Notes: generated by a model not told the origin, from the letters alone. Counted from the stretch's first letter, positions 19,227-30,521 are shown. The stretch is DNA of 64,000 nucleotides from a candidate division WOR-3 bacterium (GCA_039802865.1 JBDRXL010000003.1:15085-79084); one strand, 5' to 3'. Program-made: numbers and translations.

Positions 19227-20508
19227 TCAAATCTCCCTCCTCATTCACATCACTTATTTTTAAGTTATAAATCTCGCCTAATTTAAATTTGCCCTTTAAA
19301 ACTACTTTTCCATCAACCATAGGAGCATCATATATACTCCTTCCATAAAAATAACCTCTTTCATAATTTTCTACTAATATCCCAATTTCTTTGTTTATTA
19401 AACTTTTTTGAAATTCTAAAAATTTTCTAAATGAAATTTCACTTGCTATTTCGTATCTTCTCATTTTTTCATCTTCATCAATTTGATTTTCAAAATTATA
19501 TGAAGGAGTTGAATGTTCTCTATAATATGGAAAAACCCCTATTCTTGAAAATGGACTATTCATTATAAATTCCATCAATTCATCAAATTCTTCTTCACTT
19601 TCAGAAGGAAAACCTACTATAATTTCTGTTCTTAATGTATAATTTTTTAAATACTTATCAATAATTTCAAGTGCCTTTAAAACTGATGATTTTCCACCAG
19701 TTCTATTCATAAGTTTTAAAATTCTATCATTTATATGTTGAATAGGAACTTCAAGATATGGTAAAAATTTAGAATTATTTAATTCCTTTATAAATTCCTC
19801 ATTTTTTACAATCCCATCAGGATGAATATATAAAATCCTATACCATTTAATACTATCAATTTTATTTAAAGCTTCTATTAACTCCAAAATTGCACATTTA
19901 TTATATAAATCATAGCCATATAATGTAAAATCTTGGGCTACTAAAACTACTTCCTTTATATTTAATTCTGATAACATTTTTACTTCATTTATAATATCTT
20001 CAATTGGCCGTGAGCGAAAGTTTCCTCTTATTGAAGGAATTGTGCAAAATGTACATCTTCTTGAACAACCTTCTCCAATTTTAACATAAGCATAATAATT
20101 TGTTGTTATTATTCTTGGTAAGTTTGAATTTGGAACATATCTTGGATTTTCAAATATCTTCGGCTTTATACCATTTTCTATTAACTTTACAATATTTGGA
20201 ATATCATCATGTCCAATAATTAGATCAATATCTGGAAATTTTTCAATAATTTTTTGCTTTTCTCTTTGAACTAGACATCCTGCTACAATAACTTTTTTAA
20301 TCTCACCCCTCTTCTTCTTTTCAATATAATTCTCTATCTCTTCTTCGCTTTCCTTAACAGCACTATTTATAAATCCACATGTATTTATAATAACAATATC
20401 TGGCTTATTTGAAAATTTATAATTTGAACTTTCTAACAATCCCATAATAATCTCACTATCTACTAAATTTTTAGGGCATCCAAGATTTACAATTTTATAA
20501 GTTTTCAT
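19216..20508 (-). CDS. rimO: ribosomal protein S12 methylthiotransferase
   Basis: LGCPKNLVDSE, NTCGFI, EGCSRRCTFC, DAPMVDG. Confidence 0.93.
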   Translation of the reverse strand: MKTYKIVNLGCPKNLVDSEIIMGLLESSNYKFSNKPDIVIINTCGFINSAVKESEEEIENYIEKKKRGEIKKVIVAGCLVQREKQKIIEKFPDIDLIIGHDDIPNIVKLIENGIKPKIFENPRYVPNSNLPRIITTNYYAYVKIGEGCSRRCTFCTIPSIRGNFRSRPIEDIINEVKMLSELNIKEVVLVAQDFTLYGYDLYNKCAILELIEALNKIDSIKWYRILYIHPDGIVKNEEFIKELNNSKFLPYLEVPIQHINDRILKLMNRTGGKSSVLKALEIIDKYLKNYTLRTEIIVGFPSESEEEFDELMEFIMNSPFSRIGVFPYYREHSTPSYNFENQIDEDEKMRRYEIASEISFRKFLEFQKSLINKEIGILVENYERGYFYGRSIYDAPMVDGKVVLKGKFKLGEIYNLKISDVNEEGDLIVK

Positions 20509-20512
20509 CTTG

Positions 20513-20535
20513 AAAATTTTAAAGTCTTTAAAATT
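20513..20535. promoter_or_regulatory. back-to-back elements for rimO and the DUF218 gene
   Basis: AAAATTTTAAA 20513-20523 (minus) and TTTAAAATT 20527-20535 (plus, ATG at 20540). Confidence 0.65.
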
Positions 20536-20539
20536 ATCA

Positions 20540-21202
20540 ATGTTTTATATTTATAAGTTTCTAAAAGGTTGGCTATTTCCACCAGGTATAGTAATTATTA
20601 TTCTTCTTTTAAACTTCTTTTTAATAAGAAATGCTATAATGCGCATTTTAAATCTTACTTTTGCTTTTATTTTATATATTTTATCTATATCACCTACAAC
20701 AGATTTTTTAATGTTATTTTTGAAAGTAAATAATACGAATTTACAAAAACCTGATGTAATTTTTATTTTAGGAGCTGGACTTTCAGATGAAAGTATTTCA
20801 AGAATTGTAAAAGGTTATGAGCTTTTTAAAATTTATAAAGTGCCCATTGTAATTTCTGGATATAAAACAGAAGCAAAAATGATGAAAAATAAATTATTAA
20901 GTTTTGATGTTCCAGAAAGTTTAATAATTGTAGATAGTTTTTCAAGGAATACAAAAGAAAATGTAAATAATTTTATTAAAATTTCAAAAGAGAAAAACTT
21001 TCATAATGTTTTTGTTGTAAGCTCATATTATCATTTAAAGCGCATTGAAGAAGAATTTAAAAATTCTCAATTAAATTTAAAGTTTATTGCTTCAAATCCT
21101 ATGGATTATACTGCAAAAACATTTTTAGATTTCATTCCTTCATATAGTGCTTTTAGTAGAAATATGAAGTATTTAAATGAAATTATTGGAAGAAAGCTTT
21201 AA
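20540..21202 (+). CDS. YdcF/ElyC (DUF218) family membrane protein
   Basis: ILGAG, ISG, EA..M, SRNTKEN, VSSYYHLKR; start moved to ATG 20540. Confidence 0.85.
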   Translation: MFYIYKFLKGWLFPPGIVIIILLLNFFLIRNAIMRILNLTFAFILYILSISPTTDFLMLFLKVNNTNLQKPDVIFILGAGLSDESISRIVKGYELFKIYKVPIVISGYKTEAKMMKNKLLSFDVPESLIIVDSFSRNTKENVNNFIKISKEKNFHNVFVVSSYYHLKRIEEEFKNSQLNLKFIASNPMDYTAKTFLDFIPSYSAFSRNMKYLNEIIGRKL

Positions 21203-21205
21203 AAT

Positions 21206-22216
21206 TTGGATGTTTTGGTTGAGCTTTCACTAATTTTTAAGCTTGATTTTTATCCATTTTTGATATTTAGCGAAAGTGATATTATTTATTTTATAGGAAA
21301 TAAAATTGAAGCTTATAGAGAAAACAAGAGATTATATAGCTATAAATTGAAATCAAATTTTGTAAATGCTTGTAAGACTTCAAATTATGTTTTTTTATTG
21401 TTAGAGAATGAAATTTTAAAATTTGATTATCAAAATAATAAGGTTGTAAATTCAATAAGTGGAAATTTTTCTAATATCTCTTGTGGAAAAGAACACATTA
21501 TAGTTTGGAAAGATACAAGTTTTTATATTTTTGATTTGAATTTAAATAAAGTTAATCAAATATCTGGAAAATATAATGTTATAAATAGTTTTTTAGTTTT
21601 ATCCGATACTATTTCAAAAAGGGTGCCTCTTTTATCTATAAATAACTTTGATACTTTACATATTAGAAATTTTGAAGGTTTTTTGCCTTATTTTGCAAAA
21701 AGTGATAGTGTTTATGATTTAATAGCAGGTTCTTCTAAAAAAAACTTTTATATTTATCTTTTTGAAAATAAAAATTTAAGGTGGTATAATAGAATTTCGC
21801 TAAAAATTGTAATTTCAGATATACTTTTTAATTATAAGGATAGAACAATTATTATTTTTGGTTCATCACAAAGAAGTTTTTATTTAAATTTAAAGGATAT
21901 TATGGGGGATGATATTTGGATATATAATCCAAAAGTTTTGGGTATTTATTATTTAGATGAGGCTTTTAGAGGAATTTTGATAAGAGATAATAAAATTATT
22001 GCTTATGGTTATTCTGTAAGAGAGGGTGAAAAAAGAGGGGTAATTAAGGTATTTGATTATCATTCGGGGGAGGAAATTTTGGAGCATTTTGATAATCAAT
22101 TAGAAGATATATTAAAAATTGTAGAAGTTAATAATAAATTGTTTTTGGTTGGAATTACAAAGAAGTTCATAGGTTTTTATCGTTTGGATTTTGATAAAAG
22201 GGCAAAATCTAATTAA
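21206..22216 (+). CDS. hypothetical protein, possibly beta-propeller (true start may be TTG 21215)
   Basis: Long ORF with repeated beta-strand patterns; element at 21198-21207. Confidence 0.6.
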   Translation: MDVLVELSLIFKLDFYPFLIFSESDIIYFIGNKIEAYRENKRLYSYKLKSNFVNACKTSNYVFLLLENEILKFDYQNNKVVNSISGNFSNISCGKEHIIVWKDTSFYIFDLNLNKVNQISGKYNVINSFLVLSDTISKRVPLLSINNFDTLHIRNFEGFLPYFAKSDSVYDLIAGSSKKNFYIYLFENKNLRWYNRISLKIVISDILFNYKDRTIIIFGSSQRSFYLNLKDIMGDDIWIYNPKVLGIYYLDEAFRGILIRDNKIIAYGYSVREGEKRGVIKVFDYHSGEEILEHFDNQLEDILKIVEVNNKLFLVGITKKFIGFYRLDFDKRAKSN

Positions 22217-22219
22217 AGC

Positions 22220-22230
22220 TTTAAAATTTT
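22220..22230 (+). promoter_or_regulatory. TTTAAAATTTT element for proS
   Basis: GCTTTAAAATTTTCTCT-ATG. Confidence 0.7.
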
Positions 22231-22234
22231 CTCT

Positions 22235-23917
22235 ATGAAATTTAGTCAAATGTTTATTCCAACATTAAGAGAGAATCCACAAGATGCAGAAAATATAAGT
22301 CATAAATTGTTAGTTAGGGGTGGATTTGTAAGGCAATTGGCATCGGGGGTTTTTATATTTTTACCCCTCGGATGGAGAGTTATTAAAAAAATATATAAAA
22401 TTATAACTGAGGAAATGGATAGAATAGGTGCCCAAGAATTATTCTTACCAGCATTATCTCCATCACAATTATGGAAGGAAAGTGGAAGATGGTATTCTTA
22501 TGGGGATGATGTATTTAAATTAAAAGATAGGAAAAATAGGGAATATTTACTTGCTCCTACACATGAAGAAATTATTTCAGAAATAGCAAGGAAATATGTT
22601 CATTCTTATAAGGATTTGCCCCAAATTTGGTATCAAGTTCAAACAAAATTCAGAGATGAGCCAAGGCCAAGGGGTGGCTTATTAAGAGTTAGGGAGTTTT
22701 TAATGAAAGATTCTTATTCCTTAGATGCAACATGGGAGGGATTAGATAGAAGTTATGAATTGCATAGGGAAGCTTATATAAGAATTTATAAAAGATGTGG
22801 TCTTAAATTTATAAATTTAAAAGCTTCAAGTGGTTTAATGGGCGGAAGTCAGTCAGAAGAGTTTGCTATAATTTCTGATGCAGGGGAAGATGAAGTAGCA
22901 TTATGTGAAAATTGTGGATATAGTGCGAATGTTGAAGTTGCTATTTCAAAAATTCCCAATTTTGTGAATGCTAAATATAGAGAGTTTAAAAAAGTTTTAA
23001 CAAAAGACCTTACAACAGTTGAAGAAGTTTCAAATTTCTTAGATGTTCCAAAGGATAACATTATAAAAAGTATGCTTTATTACTCAAATAATAAACCATA
23101 TTTGGTTTTAATTAGAGGAGATTATGAAGTGAATGAAGAAAAATTAAGGAAAATAATTGGAGAATTTTTATATGCAACAGATGAAGATATTTTAAGTTTA
23201 AATAGTTATCCTGGATTTATTGGACCTTATAATTTAAAAGATGTTCAAATTATTGCTGATGAATCACTTAAATATATAGATTATGGAATAATTGGGGCTA
23301 ATGAAAAGGATTATCATTTTGTAGGTTATAAAGTAGAATTTGAAAATTATTATGATGTTAGGAAAGTTAAAAAGGATGATATTTGTCCTGAATGTGGAAG
23401 TAAGCTTGATGTTAAAAAAGTTATAGAAATTGGGCATATATTTAAGCTTGGAACAAGATATTCTGAAAGTATGAAAGTATATTTTCAAGATAAAGATGGT
23501 TCATTAAAACCTGTAATAATGGGAAGTTATGGAATAGGTCTTGGAAGAATTATGGCAGGTGCTGTTGAGCTTTATAATGATGAAAAAGGTATAATTTGGC
23601 CTATTAGTATTTCTCCATTTGATGTTATTATAATAGATATTGAAGGAAGCGGTATTGGTAATGAAATTTATGAAAAGTTAAAGAATGATATAGAGGTTTT
23701 GATTGATGATAGAAAAGATGTTTCACCTGGTGTTAAATTCAATGATGCTGATTTAATAGGTATTCCATTTAAAGTAATTGTTGGTAAAAAAGTGAAGGAG
23801 AATAAAATTGAAATTCAAAGGAGGGATGGTAAAGAAAATTATGAGGTTAGCTTAAATGAAGCTGTTGAATTTATTAAAAAGATTGTATTAGAAGAAAAGA
23901 AAAAATTTGAGATATGA
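22235..23917 (+). CDS. proS: proline--tRNA ligase (bacterial type with editing domain)
   Basis: LAPTHEE, KFRDEPRPRGGLLRVREF, IEIGHIFKLG, MGSYGIG. Confidence 0.98.
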   Translation: MKFSQMFIPTLRENPQDAENISHKLLVRGGFVRQLASGVFIFLPLGWRVIKKIYKIITEEMDRIGAQELFLPALSPSQLWKESGRWYSYGDDVFKLKDRKNREYLLAPTHEEIISEIARKYVHSYKDLPQIWYQVQTKFRDEPRPRGGLLRVREFLMKDSYSLDATWEGLDRSYELHREAYIRIYKRCGLKFINLKASSGLMGGSQSEEFAIISDAGEDEVALCENCGYSANVEVAISKIPNFVNAKYREFKKVLTKDLTTVEEVSNFLDVPKDNIIKSMLYYSNNKPYLVLIRGDYEVNEEKLRKIIGEFLYATDEDILSLNSYPGFIGPYNLKDVQIIADESLKYIDYGIIGANEKDYHFVGYKVEFENYYDVRKVKKDDICPECGSKLDVKKVIEIGHIFKLGTRYSESMKVYFQDKDGSLKPVIMGSYGIGLGRIMAGAVELYNDEKGIIWPISISPFDVIIIDIEGSGIGNEIYEKLKNDIEVLIDDRKDVSPGVKFNDADLIGIPFKVIVGKKVKENKIEIQRRDGKENYEVSLNEAVEFIKKIVLEEKKKFEI

Positions 23918-24999
23918 AAAAAATTGATTTTTATATTCTTTATGAATTTTTGAAAGTTTTTATTGTGATTATAATTGGGGTAATAATGCTTTATATAATT
24001 GTTAATTTTTTTGAAAATTTGGACACTTTTATAAATCCACAAAGGGGGTTTAAATTATTCTCTATAATCAAATATTATTTTTATCAAATTCCATATTTGT
24101 TTGTTTTAATGTCTCCTGTTGCTTTAATGCTATCTTGTTTTTTCGCAATTGGTGACCTTTCAAGAAGATTTGAAATTATTGCTATTAAATCCATAGGTAT
24201 TAGTATGAAAAGAGCATTTTTTACAATTTATTTATTTTCAATATTTATTACATTAATCACATTTTATTTATATTTGGATGTTGTAGGTTCTTGGATGAAA
24301 AAAGCGGAATGGGTAAAAGCAGTTGAAATAGAGGGTAAGAAAATTCCAAAGGAAAGAACATTCGCTACAAATTTAACATTTGTAAGTGGGAATAAAGTTT
24401 ACTTTTTTAATGATATTAGTGCTTTAACAAATAGTGCAAGGGGTATTGTAATTGTAGAGCTTGAAAAAGAAGGAAAAGTTAAAAGGAGAATAGATGCAAA
24501 TAGTGGAAATTATGAGAATAATATGTGGGTTCTTTATGATGTTAAAGAAAGGGATTTGAATAGTGATAATGTGAGTTTTAGATTTTATAAGCAAAAGGAA
24601 TTTGTTGAAATTGAAGAAAGTCCATTTGAATTTTTAACTGAATTAAAGGAATTACAACAGATGAACTTTAAGGAATTAAGGCAAAGGATTGAAAAGCTTA
24701 AAAGAGCTGGATTTGAAATAAATGCAGAATTAACAGAACTTTATACAAGAATATCCTTTCCATTTATGAATATAATAACAATTATTTTATCTTTACCAAT
24801 TGCAGTTGCTATAAGGGGGAAAGGAAAGGCTTGGGGATTTGGGATTGCAGTTTTATTTGTATTTATATATTGGGGACTTTCAGAAGCATTTAGAACATTG
24901 GGAAATGTTGGAAAATTAGAGCCAATTTTATGTGCTTGGATACCAAATGCATTTTTCTTTACAATTGGTATTTTTGGATGGTTTAGGATTGAAAAGTAG
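23914..24999 (+). CDS. LptF/LptG family LPS export permease
   Basis: 3 TM, periplasmic beta-jellyroll, 3 TM; EIIAIKSIGIS; AWIPN. Confidence 0.9.
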   Translation: MKKIDFYILYEFLKVFIVIIIGVIMLYIIVNFFENLDTFINPQRGFKLFSIIKYYFYQIPYLFVLMSPVALMLSCFFAIGDLSRRFEIIAIKSIGISMKRAFFTIYLFSIFITLITFYLYLDVVGSWMKKAEWVKAVEIEGKKIPKERTFATNLTFVSGNKVYFFNDISALTNSARGIVIVELEKEGKVKRRIDANSGNYENNMWVLYDVKERDLNSDNVSFRFYKQKEFVEIEESPFEFLTELKELQQMNFKELRQRIEKLKRAGFEINAELTELYTRISFPFMNIITIILSLPIAVAIRGKGKAWGFGIAVLFVFIYWGLSEAFRTLGNVGKLEPILCAWIPNAFFFTIGIFGWFRIEK

Positions 25000-25000
25000 G

Positions 25001-26077
25001 TTAAAACTGAGATGTAAAATAAGGTTTTGGGTCAACTGCTTCCTTTCCTATTCTTAATTCAAAATGAACTAATTCATCTCCCACTTTTGCTATTTGTTGT
25101 CCCTTTATAACTTTATCTCCTCTCTTTACACTAATTCCGATTACTTGACTATATACTGTATAAAATCCCGAATGTTCAATTATAATTATATTTCCATAGC
25201 CTTCTATAAATCCAACATAAACAACTATTCCACTTTCTGCTGCCCTTACTGGACTATTTCTTGGTGCTTTTATATCTATGCCACTATTTTTAATTCTCGT
25301 TCCATAAACATTATCAAATATATATCCAAAATCATTTACAATTTTCCCATTTACTGGCATAAGTAAAGATATTGCAGATGTTTTCTTTGCTTCCTCTTTT
25401 TTCTTTGAAAGCTCTGATATAATTTTTTCAAGTTTTTGCTTTGATTTTTCAAGTTCTGATAAATAATTTTGCTTTTGAATTTTATTTTTTCTAATTTTTT
25501 CCAATTTTGCTTGTTTTAAATTTTTTAATTTTTCAAGTTCCTTTAATGCAATTTCTTCTTCAATTAAACTTTGCTCTAAAATTTTTAAATTTTTATTTAT
25601 TTCATTCTCTGTAATTTCAAGTTCTTTTTGTTTAGCTTTTAAATTATCTCCAAGGGCTTTATAATACTTTAAAATTGACATTAAACTAACCTCAATTTTA
25701 TATGATTCATAAAATGAACCTGTTCTTAAAAGCAATTCCCACATATTATTTTTTGGAAGTTTGTAAAGTAACTTTGCAGATGTGCTAAGTTTTTCTTTTG
25801 TTTTTTCAATTTCTTCCAAAATTGCTTGCTTTTTTATATTTAAAACATAAATTTCATCTGAAAGTTTTTGAATTTGTCCTTTTAATAAATCAAGTTTTTG
25901 ATTGTATAATTCAATTCTTGATTGTAAAACAGATAATTCATAAAGGATATTTTTTTCTTCCTTTTTTAATTCTTCAAGTTTATTTTGATTTTCAATAATA
26001 AGTTGATTTATTTGTTCAAGTTGCTTTTGATAATCTTCAATACTCTGTGCTAATAGCCATAGCAACACTTCCTCCAC
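25001..26077 (-). CDS. EnvC-like murein hydrolase activator (coiled coil plus degenerate M23)
   Basis: Long coiled coil, NSGIDI, GYGNIIIIEH, VHFELR; start may be GTG 26068 (MLLWLLAQ). Confidence 0.85.
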   Translation of the reverse strand: MEEVLLWLLAQSIEDYQKQLEQINQLIIENQNKLEELKKEEKNILYELSVLQSRIELYNQKLDLLKGQIQKLSDEIYVLNIKKQAILEEIEKTKEKLSTSAKLLYKLPKNNMWELLLRTGSFYESYKIEVSLMSILKYYKALGDNLKAKQKELEITENEINKNLKILEQSLIEEEIALKELEKLKNLKQAKLEKIRKNKIQKQNYLSELEKSKQKLEKIISELSKKKEEAKKTSAISLLMPVNGKIVNDFGYIFDNVYGTRIKNSGIDIKAPRNSPVRAAESGIVVYVGFIEGYGNIIIIEHSGFYTVYSQVIGISVKRGDKVIKGQQIAKVGDELVHFELRIGKEAVDPKPYFTSQF

Positions 26078-27206
26078 CTCCTAAACAAAGTCCTGCTATT
26101 CCAAGCTTTTTATTGTTTCTCCTTAAAGCATAAATTAAAGTTGTTAAAATTCTTGCCCCACTTGCTCCAATTGGATGTCCAAGGGCTATTGCCCCTCCAT
26201 ATATATTAAATTTATTCCAATCCCATTTAAGCTCCTTATAATCTGCAAGAACTTGACTTGCAAATGCCTCATTTAATTCAATCAAATCAAACTCATTTAT
26301 ATCTTTTATATTTAATTTATTCATAAGTTTTCTAAATGCTCCTATTGGTGCAAAAAATAAATCTTTTGGTTCTGTAAAATAACTTGTATAATCCAAAATC
26401 CAAGCCAATGGTTTTAAATTAAGCTCTTTTACTTTCCTTTCAGATGCTAATATAAGAGCACTTGCTCCATCACTTAATGATGGTGCGTTTCCTGCTGTTA
26501 CTTTTCCATCCTTTTTAAAAGCGGGTTTTAATTGAGATAATTTTTCAATTGATGTATCTCTTCTTGGTGTTTCATCTACTTCTATTATTTTCCCATCTAC
26601 TTCAATTGGAACAATTTCATCTTTAAAATATCCATTATCAATTGCTCTTATTGCTTTTAGATGACTTTCATATGCAAATTGATCCATTTCCTCTCTTGAT
26701 ATGTTTGCTTTTTCTGCTGTATATTCTGCTAAATGTCCCATATGAACATTATTATTAAATTGACAAGATAATCCATCGTATATCATTAAATCAATAACTT
26801 CTGAATTTCCATATTTTATACCATTTCTTAAATATATTGCATGTGGAGTGTTTGTCATACTTTCCATACCACCCGCTACAACAATTTCTGCATCACCAGC
26901 TTTAATAGCTTGTGCTCCAAGCATAACCGCTTTAAGTCCAGAACCGCAAACTTCATTTATAGTAAATGCTTCTATGGAACTATTTAACCCCCCTAAAATT
27001 GCAGATTGTCTTGCAGGATTTTGACCATTTCCTCCTTGTAAAACTTGTCCCATTATTACTAAATCAATAAGCTCCTTATCTATATTTGCTCTTTTTATTG
27101 CCTCTCTTATTACAATAGCACCAAGTTCAACTGCTTTAAATTTAGAGAGATTTCCAAGGATTTTTCCTATTGGTGTTCTTACCGCACTTATAATAGCAAC
27201 ACGCAT
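26037..27206 (-). CDS. acetyl-CoA C-acetyltransferase (thiolase)
   Basis: VCGSG, NEAF, GHPIGASG, CLGGG. Confidence 0.95.
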   Translation of the reverse strand: MRVAIISAVRTPIGKILGNLSKFKAVELGAIVIREAIKRANIDKELIDLVIMGQVLQGGNGQNPARQSAILGGLNSSIEAFTINEVCGSGLKAVMLGAQAIKAGDAEIVVAGGMESMTNTPHAIYLRNGIKYGNSEVIDLMIYDGLSCQFNNNVHMGHLAEYTAEKANISREEMDQFAYESHLKAIRAIDNGYFKDEIVPIEVDGKIIEVDETPRRDTSIEKLSQLKPAFKKDGKVTAGNAPSLSDGASALILASERKVKELNLKPLAWILDYTSYFTEPKDLFFAPIGAFRKLMNKLNIKDINEFDLIELNEAFASQVLADYKELKWDWNKFNIYGGAIALGHPIGASGARILTTLIYALRRNNKKLGIAGLCLGGGGSVAMAISTEY

Positions 27207-27209
27207 AAG

Positions 27210-27246
27210 AAAATTTTAAAGCTTAAAAGGGTAATGCTTTAAAATT
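27210..27246. promoter_or_regulatory. back-to-back elements for thiolase and sucD
   Basis: 27210-27220 (minus) and 27238-27246 (plus). Confidence 0.65.
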
Positions 27247-27252
27247 CTCACT

Positions 27253-28122
27253 ATGTCAATTCTTGTAGATAAAAATACAAGAGTTCTTGTTCAAGGAATA
27301 ACGGGAAGGGATGGCTCATTTCATACAAAGCTTATGCTTGAATATGGAACAAAGATAGTAGCAGGGGTTACACCTGGTAAGGGGGGTAGTGATTATCTTG
27401 GCATTCCTGTATTTGATACTGTAAGAGAAGCGGTTAAGAAAACTTCTCCTAATGCTTCTATAATTTTTGTTCCTCCACAATTTGCAGTTGATGCTATATA
27501 TGAAGCGGTGGATAATGGAATAGAGTTAATTGTAGTAATTACAGAGGGTATTCCTATCCATGATATGGTGAAAGTTAAAAATTATATTGATAAAAAAGGA
27601 GTAAAGTTAATTGGTCCTAATTGTCCAGGGGTTATAACTCCAAATGAATGTAAAGTTGGAATTATGCCTGGACATATATTCAAAAGGGGTAATATTGGAA
27701 TTGTATCAAGAAGTGGAACATTAACATATGAGATTGTTCATCAATTAACATTAAATGGATTTGGACAATCAACCGCTATTGGTATTGGTGGAGATCCAAT
27801 AATTGGTATGAAATTTATTGATGTTTTAAAATTATTTAAAGAAGATAAAGAAACAGAAGCGGTTGTTATAATAGGGGAGATTGGTGGAACTGATGAACAA
27901 GATGCAGCAGAATATATAAAAAGAGAATTTAATAAACCTGTTGTTGCTTTTATAGCTGGTAGAACCGCACCTGCGGAAAAGCGTATGGGACATGCGGGAG
28001 CAATTATTGCAGGAAGTGAAGGAACTGCAGAAGAAAAAAGAAAAGCTTTTGAAAGTGCTAATGTAAAGGTAGCAAATATACCAGAAGAGGTTCCACAATT
28101 ATTAAAGCAGATTATGAAATGA
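27253..28122 (+). CDS. sucD: succinate--CoA ligase subunit alpha
   Basis: [27 protein letters not shown]. Confidence 0.97.
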   Translation: MSILVDKNTRVLVQGITGRDGSFHTKLMLEYGTKIVAGVTPGKGGSDYLGIPVFDTVREAVKKTSPNASIIFVPPQFAVDAIYEAVDNGIELIVVITEGIPIHDMVKVKNYIDKKGVKLIGPNCPGVITPNECKVGIMPGHIFKRGNIGIVSRSGTLTYEIVHQLTLNGFGQSTAIGIGGDPIIGMKFIDVLKLFKEDKETEAVVIIGEIGGTDEQDAAEYIKREFNKPVVAFIAGRTAPAEKRMGHAGAIIAGSEGTAEEKRKAFESANVKVANIPEEVPQLLKQIMK

Positions 28123-28547
28123 CATTTTTAGTTGATAGTCTTTTAGTTTTTTATATTACTTTGGATAGTTTAAAAGTTATAAATTTTAATAAAGATATTG
28201 AGCTTTTTGAATTTGCAAATTATAAAGTGAAGGATAGTTTAACACTTTTAACAAAAGAGATAAGTGGTTTAAAAAATTATGTAATTTATTTTAATAACAA
28301 TAAGAAGCAAGAGGGTAAAATTTATTTTGAAAAGGGGAAAAGTGCTAATTATTTTTTGATATTTTTTAAAAGTAATGATTGGTATGTTTTTGGTATTTCT
28401 CAAAGTCCAAGTAGTGTTTGGATTAATGATAGTGTAATAGATTTAATAAATGGTGAATATTTCTTTAAAAAATTATCAAAAGCTCCATATAAATTGAAAA
28501 TTGTAAAAAATAAATTTATTGTTTTAAAGGAATATAAATTTGAATGA
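28119..28547 (+). CDS. hypothetical protein
   Basis: ATGA overlaps with both neighbours. Confidence 0.6.
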   Translation: MTFLVDSLLVFYITLDSLKVINFNKDIELFEFANYKVKDSLTLLTKEISGLKNYVIYFNNNKKQEGKIYFEKGKSANYFLIFFKSNDWYVFGISQSPSSVWINDSVIDLINGEYFFKKLSKAPYKLKIVKNKFIVLKEYKFE

Positions 28548-30493
28548 TAAGGAAATTTATTGAACATTTTGAAAATACAAGTTTTATAAATGCTTTAATA
28601 ATTGCTCTTCTTGCTCCAATAATAAGAGGTGTTCTTGAAGGAGCAATTGACCATGGCAGAATGCTTACAAATCCCCTTGAATATAAATCAGTTTTATTTA
28701 TATTTTTACATCAATATAGTTTTTTCTTTGCTGTTTATCTTTCACTTGCTCTTATTATTAAAATTTTATTCCCCTTTAAAAACCTCATTCAAACAATAAA
28801 ATTTATATTTTCAACTTCTATTATTATAGTAATACCACCGCCTATTGATGCTCTTTTTGGAGGAAATTTTAGACCAAAATATATATTTTCCATAGAAGAG
28901 TTTTTATATAGTCTTTTGAATGTTTTTAATCCTTTTGTTCAGTTAGAATCATTAAGTCCAGGTATGCGATTTGAATTATTTCTTGTAGTAATTGGAATTT
29001 TCATTTATACATATATAATTGGAAAAAATATTTTAAAATCAATTCTTACTATTTTGCTATTTTTATTTATAACTGCTATTATTGGCTCATCACCTGCATT
29101 TATAGGAAGAGAATACTTTAAGAGTTTTTCATTAATTGAAACAGATACACAGCGTTATGCATTAATTGACCTTTACTTTTTAATAATTTTTCTTTCTCTT
29201 TTATTTCCAAGCTATTTATTGAAAATTCTTAAAATGCGCATTTATAAATTCTTATATTATTTACCACTTCTTATATTTGGTTTTATAGTGGGTATAAAAG
29301 TTGTAAAATTTACTTATTTTAAGGCATTTGAAAATATATTTGATTATCTTGGAATTTTTAATATCATTTTAGCTTTATTTTTAGCTTTCTTGGTTGCCCT
29401 TGTTTTAAATGATTATTATGATAGAGAAATTGATAAGATAAATAATAAAATGAATGTTTTTAATGATGGTATTTTAAAGGAGAGTGAATTTATTCCATTT
29501 ATTTTAATTGTTTTATCAATTTCCATTTCTCTTGCCCTTTGCACTTCATATTCAGTTTTTGTTATTTTATCTATTATTCTCTCTTGTGCAATTTTATATT
29601 CTATGGAGCCTATTAGAATTAAACGATTTTGGCTTTTATCTACATTAAATTTAAGTTTTATAGCTCTTATGAGTATAGTGCTTGGAATAAGTTATTTTTA
29701 TAAAGAAAATCCTTTGCTTATTCTAAATGAAAAAATTATTATTAGTATTATAGTTGGTATAACGCTTGGTTTTGGAATTAAGGATTTATCTGATGTTGAA
29801 GGTGATAGAAGAGGTTTTATTTTTACTGCATATACAATATTTGGAAATTTTGGAAAATATATTCAAGGAATTTTAACAAGTTCAACCTTTTTAATTATTT
29901 CAAAAATTTTAGAATTGCCTATTATAATTGGAGTTATCTTCTTTATCATAAGCTTGATATTTTCAATTCAAAAAAAATTTTATGAATTTATATTTTTAGT
30001 TTTATTTTCAATTTTCGCTTTAATTAGCTTTTTTAAAATTTATAAGGAAGAAAAATTCTTTATTGAGGTAAGTTATAAGTATAGTAGATTTGAGATTGAG
30101 AAGTTAAGAAATTTTGATTTGATAGAAAGGAGATTGAATGAAATTTTGAGTGTTGAGCCTTGTAATGAAGATGTTAGATTAAATCAAATGATATTGTTTT
30201 ATAATTTAAGAAGATATCAAAAAGCTGATAGTTTAGCAATGTTTTTAAAAGAGAATTGTTATATAAATGCTCAAATATATCATGTTTGGGCATTAGTTTT
30301 ATGGAAGCTTAAAAATTATGATTTAGCTATAGAAAAGGCAAAAATTTCAGCATTATTGTCAGAGAGCGATGCTTATTGGACATTATCAGCGATGTATTAT
30401 TTAAAAGGAGATAAATTTAAAAGCCTTGAATATCAAATAATTGCTCAAAATAAAAAAGCAAGTAATGTTTATGCTCTTAGTCTTTTTAAGTGA
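28544..30493 (+). CDS. UbiA-family prenyltransferase with extra N-terminal membrane domain and C-terminal TPR-like region
   Basis: NDYYDREIDKIN and KDLSDVEGD Asp-rich motifs, LYSMEPIRIKR; helical repeat C-terminus. Confidence 0.8.
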   Translation: MIRKFIEHFENTSFINALIIALLAPIIRGVLEGAIDHGRMLTNPLEYKSVLFIFLHQYSFFFAVYLSLALIIKILFPFKNLIQTIKFIFSTSIIIVIPPPIDALFGGNFRPKYIFSIEEFLYSLLNVFNPFVQLESLSPGMRFELFLVVIGIFIYTYIIGKNILKSILTILLFLFITAIIGSSPAFIGREYFKSFSLIETDTQRYALIDLYFLIIFLSLLFPSYLLKILKMRIYKFLYYLPLLIFGFIVGIKVVKFTYFKAFENIFDYLGIFNIILALFLAFLVALVLNDYYDREIDKINNKMNVFNDGILKESEFIPFILIVLSISISLALCTSYSVFVILSIILSCAILYSMEPIRIKRFWLLSTLNLSFIALMSIVLGISYFYKENPLLILNEKIIISIIVGITLGFGIKDLSDVEGDRRGFIFTAYTIFGNFGKYIQGILTSSTFLIISKILELPIIIGVIFFIISLIFSIQKKFYEFIFLVLFSIFALISFFKIYKEEKFFIEVSYKYSRFEIEKLRNFDLIERRLNEILSVEPCNEDVRLNQMILFYNLRRYQKADSLAMFLKENCYINAQIYHVWALVLWKLKNYDLAIEKAKISALLSESDAYWTLSAMYYLKGDKFKSLEYQIIAQNKKASNVYALSLFK

Positions 30494-30521
30494 TTTAATT
30501 ATGATTTAAAATTTTCGCACT

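Noticed and set aside
20510-20539. TTG start for the DUF218 gene
   Set aside because: It would span both promoter elements; ATG 20540 fits the pattern
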